A DNA stretch of 64,000 nt from Botryllus schlosseri (taxonomy: Eukaryota). The DNA lies in contig CM119377.1 in the NCBI GenBank assembly GCA_051294905.1, positions 10,540,001-10,604,000 of the forward strand, given 5' to 3'. Both the position numbers and the translations under genes were made by a program. Shown piece after piece: positions 1 to 9,971 of this stretch; the first letter of the stretch is position 1; every line of letters begins with the position of its first letter. The notes under the pieces are model-generated. The model saw nothing but the letters and a program-made list of their open reading frames with translations. It searched no databases and was not told the origin of the DNA.

Positions 1-138
1 TCTCGTTTAGAGACAATGCCGTTAATTGTATTATGATTAGCGATCATCATGTCATGATTGTTCGACAGTAACATCGCAAAACAGAACAACATCGAATACT
101 AAACCGCAACTATTCATGTACTCATGTACTGCGAATGC

Positions 139-243
139 AGGGTGCGTACTATACATGGGTACAGGCTTTTTCCCCGAATATACACGTCATTTTAAGGGTG
201 CGTATTATACATGGGGGCGCACTATATTCGGAAAATTACGGTA
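139..243 (-). mobile_element. Terminal fragment of a Tc1/mariner-superfamily (Tc2/pogo-like) DNA transposon
   Basis: Reverse complement of the end reads TACCGTAATTTTCCGAATATAGTGCGCCCCC, resembling Tc2/Kanga-type TIRs (TA-CCGTA...). The subterminal repeat GGGTGCGTA(C/T)TATACATGGG occurs twice (139, 196). No partner end was found. Confidence 0.45.
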
Positions 244-1463
244 CTAATATGCCACGCTCTCCATTCCTCTTGTCCACTATTGATAGCCGGCTGTTTGCCG
301 TCGAATGCCACCCACAGCCTTTCCTTTTGAAGGTGTTTGACAAATACAAAGGATCGTGGAGGAACTGTAAGCATCGACCTTGCCCCGAACTCAAAGTTTA
401 CCCGGGTCAAAAGGTAATATCCTGTACTGGAAATAGAGTAAGTCACTATTGGAGTGATGAGAGTGGCTAGATTTTGTTTGATGGTTGCAGATGGAGTTTC
501 ACACATGTGTAACATATACCACTTCGGAAGGTGGTGTTTATAATGGTTGTTCAAAAATGCTGCGTTGTAATGTATCATTCTATAGATTATTGATAAAAAA
601 AACATCAATGGGCCAGCAAGAAACTAGCAGCAAAGGCGTCATATTTTCGGTCATGATTTCTGTTCAATGATTTGACGAATTGGTAGTAAAGCGTAATGGG
701 TGACAGTGTGTTCCTTTGAAAATTATTTTGGTTTGCCACTCATATTTAACTCGTGTAATGTTTGATCTGTGTTTCAACATGCTGATACTTCTTTGGCCTC
801 TTTCTCATTGCGTGTGTACAACTGTACTGTACAGGCCTCTTTTTAACATGTTCTTCTATTTTTGATACCATATTTGAACTTTGTAAGCCAGGATGGGGGT
901 TTCACTGAATGACTCTTCCAAGTCTTTCCACTCTTTTCATGCATTTCATTGTATTGCAATATTTGTGGAGTTTTAGATTGATCATGGTAATTGGGGGATA
1001 CCTGTACTGAATCCCTTTACTCGATAACAATCATATTTACTTCTCTGCAGATTTACTAGGCATCCTTTTACTAGTTTTATGAAATATGGCAGACATGATG
1101 TTTGTTTTTGGACTGGCCACCTCATACCACCATACTGGAATGCTGCCTCGACTGACGGCCCATTTAGAACTGCCAGTGGCAGTCTCAATCTTTACCGACA
1201 CCCGTCCAATGCTTTCTCCGCCAGCATTTACTGCACTGTGTGTGCGTAGTATATCCTTATATTCCCGAAATAGTTTCTTGATTGCAATTTTCCACTGATC
1301 TGACGACGACCGATGTGCAAACATACTTAGGTAAAACCTAAAAATTGACTGATATGAGAATTGAGCACTCGCGGTGATCGACACCGTTATACTATTTCAG
1401 TGGCTTTCAGCCTTCTTCAGGCCAGTATTGATGGTCGCTTCGTAAACCGATATTGTATGCCAG

Positions 1464-2018
1464 CATTCGGACAGCATTGTGTCTGGGGTAGATTCGATCT
1501 TTGCTTGCCACTCGGACACCACGTCTGGGGCATTGTCGGGATTTGATGCCACTCGGGCATCATATCTGGGTTATGTACGCACTGTCTTCCGCCACTCTGA
1601 CATCATATCTGGGGTAGATTCTGACTTACGTTGCTATCGGATATCATGTCTTTCGTATGTTCGACTGTTTGTACTGTGTTGCACCACTCTGACATCACAT
1701 CTGGGGTGTGTTCGGAATACGCCTCCACTTGTACAGTGTATCCGGGTAGATTCAGACTGTGTGCCACCACAGGGACTGGGACATGTTAGGACTTTGGTGC
1801 AACTCAGATATCATTTCTGGGATGTCTTCACACTGTCTTCCGCCACTCGAACACCATATCTGGTGTAGATTCGAGCTGTGATCCGCCACTTGGACATTCT
1901 ATCTGGGGTATAATTTGACTGTATGACTACAAACATCATGTCCGGTTATGTTTGGGCAATCTTGGCACTTCAACTTGGACATCATGTATGGGGTATGTTT
2001 GCACCTTGTTTGACCACT
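1464..2018. repeat. Degenerate minisatellite, about 13 units of ~41-43 bp
   Basis: Core CCACTCGGACATCATATCTGGGGTA(G/T) recurs at about 1508, 1549, 1592, 1633, 1684, 1725, 1764, 1800, 1843, 1886, 1926, 1971 and 2013, with a more variable ~15-bp segment between cores. Confidence 0.85.
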
Positions 2019-2021
2019 ACT

Positions 2022-2331
2022 AAATAATTCCTCGAAAGATTTCTCAAATGTTTCCATCAAATCAAAACTCATTGTGTATCAATGATATCTCATTATCATA
2101 GGAGGGTTAGATAATATTGGACATACATTTGGTACTAGCTTGATTGCTGTTAGTCCTATGAATTTTGCAAGGACTTATCTATCTGTCCTCAATTCAATTT
2201 TCCATTTGTCAGGACTTGAAAGTTTTCTTGCTGATGATTTCGAAACTTATGATGACAGCGGTAATCTTTGCACAATCATTACATACAAAATCTCCCCAAG
2301 TGTAACCTATACTTTAAACAGCTTAAAGTAG
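2022..2331 (+). pseudogene. Kelch-repeat relic, 3' fragment of a K1/K2-type BTB-Kelch gene
   Basis: Frame 1 reads SKLIVYQ*YLIIIGGLDNIG...AVSPMNF...YDDSGNLCTIITYKISP, matching K1/K2 SKLIQYEDFLFVIGGRDNGG...TVSPMNF...YDAGTNIWTIIACKISP. In-frame TGA at 2083-2085; no BTB portion upstream. Confidence 0.75.
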
Positions 2332-2685
2332 ACGTGATATTTTCGGTGCTGGCGTTGAAAACATTGGAGTGTTTTGTCTGTAAAGAAATCCTGTGATAAT
2401 AAAAATTTTAGACATTAAGACTTTATTGATCACCATGGTCATCAACATCAACAACAGACATTTTGCAGCATGCCTGTTTCGAAGTATTGCGAACCAGACA
2501 AGTATAATTTCATGACATATATTTGTTTGTTATTCTTGTTGTTTATACTATTTTGGTACCCGCACCGTGTTCCCGAATAGTATACTAGTATGTAATCGTT
2601 TTTCCATTATCAGAATACAAACATCTTATTGTTCCTAAACCCTAACTGTTTAACCATGTCTCGACATGAAGAATACACATAGAAC

Positions 2686-4287
2686 ATGGATGAAGCCGGC
2701 CATTTTAAAGCCCTGATGGCAAGACTTGATTTGATGAGAGAAGAAAGAAAATATTGTGATGTCACCATAACTGTTGAAAGCAAACATATCCATGCACACA
2801 AGGATATCATTTGTGCAGCATCTGATTATTTCAATGCCATGTTTTCTCACGATACATTGGAGAAACAGCAAGGCCTAGTTGCAATGAAAGATGTCAAATA
2901 TGACGCTGTCAAAAAATGCATTGACTTCATTTATAGCGGAAAACTATCGGTATCGATCCTGCAGTGTGAGGATATTTTAACCTGTGTCACTACAATGCAG
3001 TTGATTCAGGCATGCCAAAAAATTGAATATTTTCTGCAAGGAATTTTGAACGTTGAAAGCTTCTTTCTTGTGAGAGATATTGCTCTGAAATTTTCCTTGA
3101 AAAACTTGCTTCACTCATGTGATTCGTTTGCTGTCGACAATATTGTCTCCTTGTCGAAAGTGGAGGATTTCAATACGGAAGAATTGAGTTTCATATCATC
3201 ACTGATATCATCGGAAGCCATGTCTATCATTGAGGATGATAAATTAGCATGTGTGCTCCAATGGTTGAATGCTGATCGCTGCAACCGTGAAACAAACCTG
3301 ATGGGCTTGCTTCAACATGTTAGGGCCCCTAAACTTAGCCCTGGATATTGCAAGTATTTAATGGAGCAAGAATCATTATGCCACACCTCTGTTGAACTTA
3401 TCAGACATCTCTTCGCGGCTGTCGTCGGAGATGGTAAAATTGCTAACTTCAATCCGCGTGATATTCTAAGTGAAGCAAAAATTTCATCACACAACTCAAT
3501 AATTATCTTCAATGAAACTATAGAAGAAGTAGTGTCGTATTTCCCATCAGATGGAAAATTGAATCCGGTTATCAAATATTGTGACCCAATGAAGCCGGAG
3601 GAACTTGCCAGTTGCTCACTTAACAGTGTTTTATATATTATTTTCTGCAATCACCAAGTATTTTCCTTCAACTTGAAGGATAAAAATCTTTCTTGGACAT
3701 CTCTTACAAACTGTAAGAAATCACATGGAAAATATTTGCGATGCACAATTTATCGTAACAATATCTATGTTGGAGGAAATGATTCCTTGGAAAAGTGGGA
3801 TTTAACAAGAAATGAAAATTGGGAAGACGTGGATTTAGAAGAAAATATCTGTGAAGAGTTGAAACTAATACAATATGAAGATTTTCTTTTTGTCATTGGG
3901 GGTAGAGACAATGATGGAAAGGCTGTGAACAATGTGATGAAAAGTTCACCTGGTATCAAATGGATTACAGTTAGTCCTATGAATTTTGAAATGGCCGATC
4001 CATCTGCAGCTGTTCTCCATTCCACCCTGTATGTAGGTGGAGGCCCAAGCAATTATGGTTTGGAAATGTATGATGCTGGGACCAATATATGGACCATCAT
4101 CGCATGCAAGATCTCTCCCTCTCGTTATAAGCTTTTTAATATTGACTATGAAATATTCGGTGTTTTTAAGGAAGACGATGGGTGTTATATTATGGAATTT
4201 GATGCAGAGAATAAAGCGTGGAAAGTGAAAAAGCGTATCCTCACAGGCGGCATTTGGGAGCCTGGAACAGCAACAGCTTTTTATTAG
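2686..4287 (+). CDS. BTB-BACK-Kelch protein K1 (kelch-like, putative Cullin-3 adaptor), 533 aa, intronless CDS
   Basis: BTB motif CDVTITVESKHIHAHKDIICAASDYFNAMF, BACK region (LACVLQWLNAD...LLQHVR) and Kelch blades (IYVGG, FVIGG, LYVGGG...YD..TNIW). Close paralog of K2. Confidence 0.93.
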   Translation: MDEAGHFKALMARLDLMREERKYCDVTITVESKHIHAHKDIICAASDYFNAMFSHDTLEKQQGLVAMKDVKYDAVKKCIDFIYSGKLSVSILQCEDILTCVTTMQLIQACQKIEYFLQGILNVESFFLVRDIALKFSLKNLLHSCDSFAVDNIVSLSKVEDFNTEELSFISSLISSEAMSIIEDDKLACVLQWLNADRCNRETNLMGLLQHVRAPKLSPGYCKYLMEQESLCHTSVELIRHLFAAVVGDGKIANFNPRDILSEAKISSHNSIIIFNETIEEVVSYFPSDGKLNPVIKYCDPMKPEELASCSLNSVLYIIFCNHQVFSFNLKDKNLSWTSLTNCKKSHGKYLRCTIYRNNIYVGGNDSLEKWDLTRNENWEDVDLEENICEELKLIQYEDFLFVIGGRDNDGKAVNNVMKSSPGIKWITVSPMNFEMADPSAAVLHSTLYVGGGPSNYGLEMYDAGTNIWTIIACKISPSRYKLFNIDYEIFGVFKEDDGCYIMEFDAENKAWKVKKRILTGGIWEPGTATAFY

Positions 4288-4348
4288 CTTGTCTGAAATG
4301 TTAAATATGGACTGTGACTTTAAATAGTGGCAATCGATGTAACTATAA

Positions 4349-5519
4349 CATTGGGCAAGAATTTTGAACAAAGAATTTGTTGACTTTGATTTTGCTCTTG
4401 GTTTAGGCTAATTTTGCTATGCTGGTTCAAAACATGCCAATGATTTTATTCTATCTCGTCAAGTTTTTGCTCTACTACATATGCCCGAAATATGCAAATT
4501 GTCACGAATCAAGCCATATTACTTTTCCACATATAGAAATCCACACTTTTATCATATAATAAGTTATATGGCAAAGTCAATTCCAACTAGTAGATGCTGA
4601 GTTATTCGAGTTTTTCATTGATAATTCTCGGATTATCCTTGATCGTTGGATTATCAACGAAAAACTCAAATAACTCCGCTTCTACTACTTGGAATTGACT
4701 CATATTTGTTTTTCATCGTCTTTGAAGACAGCTCAACAATTTTGTGGGATCAACAGAAAAATTTGAAAATTAAAAAAAAAAAAATTCCTAATAAATTAAA
4801 AATTTTAATTAGATCTACCGATTCGTATACTTGTTGGAATTGAATCAACTTTGGTGAGCAGCGTTTTTTTTAAGGTAACCTGACAATTTAATCAGTGAAT
4901 GACTGGAATCCGAGGGAAAAAGTTATTTTTGAACAGGCCTAATGCACATGTAACCATAATACACATGTGCCACTCCCGTATGTTTATGTCGGACAGCATA
5001 CATTGAAAAAAGCTAAAATATCTCCATAATTTCCCAGAAAACCTTGACATAGTCAGTGATGGGCAAGGAGAAAGCATCCCCCAATATCTGAAGATGAAGG
5101 GGGTAAGATACCAGAGCAGATTGGAGCTTACATATGTTAGCCAACTATTGCTCAAGTATCAAACGAAACAACCCACAGAATTATGAGTTATTAGCGCAAA
5201 TTTGGACCCTGAAACTCTCACTTTATTTGTATTGCAGAAGCAATATCAGTTTAAATCACCCAAATTAAAGCAGTGCAAATGTTTATTTGGAGTCTATTGA
5301 TTTACTTTCGACTGCTTGTGGTTTTTGTAACGTTTTATACAATAAACACAAAATATTATAAGCAGTACTTTTATGTGGGTTATGAGACAATGGGGTGGGT
5401 GCCTACCCCAAAAACCTGACGTGATAGAGAAAAACGGAAGTCATTTTCTAATTCAGCGCCCAAAATGTAGTCGAAATCAATTGTCTGATCAAAGTCAACA
5501 TAAATTGTGTTTACCAGTG
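4349..5519. mobile_element. ~1.17-kb non-autonomous insertion with CACTG-like termini and TAA flanks
   Basis: TAA|CATTGGG...CCAGTG|TAA. The segment is absent at the paralogous position downstream of K2 (~8310-8325), where the flanks are contiguous. Contains a 50-bp-arm inverted repeat (4576-4625 / 4650-4699). Confidence 0.6.
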
Positions 5520-5859
5520 TAATTGATGATATATTTTATGACTACATCTAATATCTGGCACTGCTTATGTTTGATGTCTTCAGTCCTTGTCAATCCGACT
5601 AATTAAACGCTAGTTGAGAGCAAACCATAAGCTGAAAAATATTTGGTCACATTAGCCAACTCGGCTGATTTTGTCTATGATTCAATCGTTACATATAAAT
5701 ATTTGTCAAATATGTTCAATAATTTATTGTTTGATACTATTGCCTTATTCGCAATGACTGAATGTTATCTTGTGGTAATGATTGGTTACATTTGTTTTAT
5801 TCTGATTTCACAGAATAAGTTAACGCAATCCCACATTGGTGTTGCTTTGAATACGGTGA

Positions 5860-5952
5860 AATGCATATTGACCAAAAACTTGTGTATTCCAGTTTGAATA
5901 TCCTAATCCTCATAAAGCTACTGTCTGCATATGGCGGAACCTGTCCGGTAAG
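5860..5952 (+). pseudogene. Relic of the UNC-93-like 5' region and start codon (MAEPV...)
   Basis: 5860-5946 aligns with 9900-9990 (AATGCA(T/C)ATTGAC...CAGTTTGAATATC...TACTGTCTGCAT-ATGGC(G/A)GAA(C/T)CTGT). ATG at 5931 corresponds to UNC-93 A ATG 9972 (MAESV). Homology stops a few codons later. Confidence 0.7.
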
Positions 5953-6633
5953 ACTTAATTTAGTAGGGACTTTTTATTTGTTCAAATTCAGACGCTCCAA
6001 GATTGATAGTGACGACCCGTATCAAAAGCATTGTTGTGACAGTTGCACAAATAATTTTTCTGAACAAACGTGAATCGATTTTGTCAAACTTTGAGTTCAC
6101 TAAAGTGATGTGACGGACAAGCTATTTGCTAATTTTAGTGCACCCAATATCACTGTGACGTTCGGCAGTAGACATAACCAATCGCCTGTTACTGCAACAT
6201 AAAACTTCTTGTGTGCCAGTAATCCTTAAAATTCCATGAACGCTTCATTACACGCTATGGTGCTCATGCAAAACGTGTTAGCGACCCCAAGATTAAGTAT
6301 CCACAATACAAAATGTTTTTTAGGAACAACATGCCATAGATTTAACGACATGTACAGACGAGAGCATTGAACTGGTAACCATAATTGTGGTGTTATGACC
6401 CCGTAGACAGGTCTATACTGTATGTATTTATTTTGTAAGTGTGTTTGCTCCCCGCCAGAAACCCACTGGTCGGGAACCATTAGACTAGTATAATTTCATG
6501 ACACATATTTCCTTGTTATTCTTGATGTTTATACTGTTTAGGTAATGTTCCCGAATAGTATGTAACGTAATGATGTAATGATTTGTACATTCTCAGATCA
6601 TAAACTTCTTTTGTTCCTAAAAACTCTATCAAC

Positions 6634-8265
6634 ATGTCTGAACATGAAGAATACACATTAAACATGGACGAAGCCGGCCATTTTAAAGCTGTAATGACAA
6701 GGCTTGATCTGATGAGAGAAGAAGGAAAATATTGTGATGTCACCATAACTGTTGAAAGTAAAAATATCCATGCACACAAGGATGTCATTTGTGCAGCATC
6801 TGATTATTTCAATGCCATGTTTTCTCATGATACATTGGAGAAACAACAAGGCATAGTTACAATGAAAGATGTCAAATATGAAGCTGTTAAAAAATGCATT
6901 GACTTCATTTATAGTGGAAAACTATCGGCATCAATTCTGCAGTGTGATGACATTTTAACTTGTGTCACTGCAATGCAATTGATTCAAGCGTTCGAAAAAA
7001 TTGAATATTTTCTCCTAGAATTCCTGAACCTTGAAAACTTCTTTCTTGTGAGAGATATTGCTCTAAAATTCTCCATGAAAAACTTGCTCAACTCTTGTGA
7101 TTCATTTGCTGCTGTCAATATCGTCTCTATGTCGAAACGTGAGTATTTCAATACAGCAGAACTGAGTTTCATATCCACACTGATATCATCGAATAACCTG
7201 TCTCTATCTGAGGATGTAAAATTAGCATGTGTGCTCCAATGGGTGAATGCTGATCGCTCCAACCGTGAAGCAAACTTGATGGGCTTGCTTCAACATGTTA
7301 GGGCGCCTAAACTTAACCCGGGCTATTGCAAATATTTAGTGGAGCATGAACCAATATGCCACACCTCTGTCATACTTGTCAGACATCTCTTCTCAGCTGT
7401 CTTCGGGGATGAAAAAATCAAAAACATTGATCCATGGGATATTCTAAGTGAAGCAAAAATTCTGTCTCACAACTCAATAATTATTTTCAATGAAACTCTA
7501 AAAGAAGTAATGTCATATTCTCCATCAGACGGGAAATTGAAATCGGTTGTCAAATATTCTGACTCAATGAAGTCAGTGGAGTTCACCAGTTGTTCACTCA
7601 ACAGTGTTCTATATATTTTTTTCTGCAATCATCAAGTATTTTCTCTCAACTTGAAGGACGAAAATATTTCTTGGACATCTCTTCCTAGCTATCAGAGATC
7701 ACATGGAAAATTTCTGGACTGCACAATTTATAATAATGATATCTATGTGGGAGGGAATAATTCCTTGGAAAAGTGGGATTTAACAAAAAATGGAGATTGG
7801 GTAGACGTAAATTTAGAAGGAAATATCTGTGACCAGTCGAAACTAATACAATATGAAGACTTTCTTTTTGTCATTGGAGGTAGAGACAATGGTGGAAAGG
7901 CTGTGAACAATGTGATGAAAAGGTCACCTTCTATTAAATGGATGACAGTTTGTCCTATGAATTTTGAAATGACCTATGCATCTGCGGTTGTTCTCCATTC
8001 CACTCTGTACGTGGGTGGAGGCCCCCAACAGCATAATTTGGAGATGTATGATATCAAGACCAATATATGGACCATCATCACATGCAAGATCCCTCCCGTA
8101 TTTCTTAACCTTTTGAAGGTTGACTATGACATCTGTGGTGTCCATATGGAAGACAGAGAGTGTTATATCACGGTATTTGACACTGCAAATAAAGCATGGA
8201 ATGAGAAAAAAGCAATCCTTGCAGGCGAAATTTGGGAATCTGGAACGTCAACAGCTTTTTCGTAG
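6634..8265 (+). CDS. BTB-BACK-Kelch protein K2, 543 aa, intronless CDS
   Basis: Same BTB/BACK/Kelch motifs as K1; 55/60 identical residues over the first 60 aa of the BTB region (hand count). Confidence 0.93.
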   Translation: MSEHEEYTLNMDEAGHFKAVMTRLDLMREEGKYCDVTITVESKNIHAHKDVICAASDYFNAMFSHDTLEKQQGIVTMKDVKYEAVKKCIDFIYSGKLSASILQCDDILTCVTAMQLIQAFEKIEYFLLEFLNLENFFLVRDIALKFSMKNLLNSCDSFAAVNIVSMSKREYFNTAELSFISTLISSNNLSLSEDVKLACVLQWVNADRSNREANLMGLLQHVRAPKLNPGYCKYLVEHEPICHTSVILVRHLFSAVFGDEKIKNIDPWDILSEAKILSHNSIIIFNETLKEVMSYSPSDGKLKSVVKYSDSMKSVEFTSCSLNSVLYIFFCNHQVFSLNLKDENISWTSLPSYQRSHGKFLDCTIYNNDIYVGGNNSLEKWDLTKNGDWVDVNLEGNICDQSKLIQYEDFLFVIGGRDNGGKAVNNVMKRSPSIKWMTVCPMNFEMTYASAVVLHSTLYVGGGPQQHNLEMYDIKTNIWTIITCKIPPVFLNLLKVDYDICGVHMEDRECYITVFDTANKAWNEKKAILAGEIWESGTSTAFS

Positions 8266-8656
8266 CCTGAAATGTTAAATATGGCATGCGACTCTAAAGA
8301 GTGACATTCGATGTAATTATTGCTGATGATACATTTTATGACTTCATTCAATATCTGCTACCGGGTTATGTTTCATGTCTTCATCTCATGTCAACACCGA
8401 CTCATTTGTCGCTTTTTAAGAGCAAATCATAAGTTAAAAAGAGATTTGGTCACATGAGCCAACTCAGGTTGATTTTGGAGATGATTCAATCCTTACATAT
8501 AAAAATTTGTGAAATATGTTCATAAAATTATTGTTCGATACTATTACCTTATTTACAATGGCCGAATGTTATCTCGTGGTAATGATGGGCTACATCTCTT
8601 TTATTCTGATTTGACAAAGTGAGTTTGTGCGATCCTACATTAGTGTTCCTTTAGAT

Positions 8657-9886
8657 CAGGGGTCACCAACACGTGGGCCGCATGCGGCCCGCGAGGTCAT
8701 ATTTTGCGGCCCACGACCTGATTTGAAATTTCGGAAGAACGCTTAGTAAAGCATTTTGAAATGCTGAAATTGATTTCAGTTTGAACATATTTTTGTTGTT
8801 AGTCAAAGTCTTGCGCACAATGCCGCTATTCCTCACTAGCTGATACGGCTTCGGCGATGGTAATATCAGTCCATGGAGAAAGAATTTGCTGATATGAATT
8901 TGCATATTGCCTTGACGTGCAATGGCCCACCACTGCCCAGACCAAGACGCTTAGAAAACGACTTTGGGCTCCCAAAAAGACCCAAGCTTTACGAGGAGAT
9001 AGTTTTCCAGCAAGTAGGCCTACCGTGTCTAGCTAACCACAATATCGATTCTTTAGTCCAGCGGTGGCGAATCTGCGGCAGTAGAAGGAAAATTATGCGG
9101 CCGTCGACACTTGATTTGAATAGGATGTGTTGGCGGCCGTCAATATGTCAATTGAATTTACGAATTGACTCCCCAATTAATGAGAGGTTTGAATTATACT
9201 TGAAATTTTCTTCGCGCAATGCGCGATTCAATGCGAGTTGATTTTCGATTTTAATATAATAGTGTCCTTTGTAATCTGAGCCCCACAGCACGGATGCAAA
9301 CTGCAAAGGAAAGATGCGCCCATAAATAAATATCAATTTGTAATCGTGTTCTCCTCACCACAAAGGAAATTTGTTTCTGGTAGGCCTACATTTGGGCGAA
9401 TCCAATATCTTCCCACTATACCGACAATCCTGATGAGATGTCGAGAAATAACAGTATGCAACAAAGGGGACTAATAACAATTGGCCCTCCCAGAAATGCA
9501 GCACAGCATTATTAACTGCGCTAAATTTTCGAAGACACCCCCTGCATCAATTCTATCGATAAATTTGATCACATGTGCTGAAAAAGGATAAATATTTGAT
9601 AGTAATATGTGAAACTATACGAATATTAATGAGGAAATTAACTCAAGAATATTAAAATATTTTCGCGCTTCGCGCGACTACAATACGAATCCTTGTGCTT
9701 ATTCGCAATATGACTACTCGCGATTTGCCCCTCGCCCATGTTAGCGTTGTACTGTCGTAGAGTTATCAAAACGTGACTGTTAAACAGCGTTTGCCTATTT
9801 TTATCTCGATATTGAAGTCATGCGGCCCGTGGCCTCGTCGAATTTTGAAAAGTGACCCGCGACCCGTTTTGAGTTGGCGACCCCTG
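8657..9886. mobile_element. hAT (Charlie/Buster-like) non-autonomous element
   Basis: TIR CAGGGGTCACCAAC / GTTGGCGACCCCTG. Perfect 8-bp TSD CTTTAGAT (8649-8656, 9887-9894). Empty orthologous site at ~5845-5860. Confidence 0.92.
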
Positions 9887-9971
9887 CTTTAGATACAGTG
9901 AAATGCACATTGACGAAAGACATTTGTACATTCAGTTTGAATATCATCAACCTCATAGATTTACTGTCTGC

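Noticed and set aside
250-1400. Possible decayed retroelement pol on the - strand (fragments such as YFQYRILPF and PYFIKLVKGCL)
   Set aside because: Only faint, interrupted resemblance, with no YxDD motif or ordered domain series. It needs blastx/HMM support.
1464-2018. CRISPR-like repeat-spacer appearance
   Set aside because: Cores are degenerate, the variable parts are only ~15 bp and related to each other, there are no cas genes, and the context is a eukaryotic genome. It is a minisatellite.
8873-9241. 122-aa ORF inside the hAT element as a transposase
   Set aside because: No BED finger, DDE or hATC motifs; it overlaps a dispersed repeat also present inverted at ~53900-54120.
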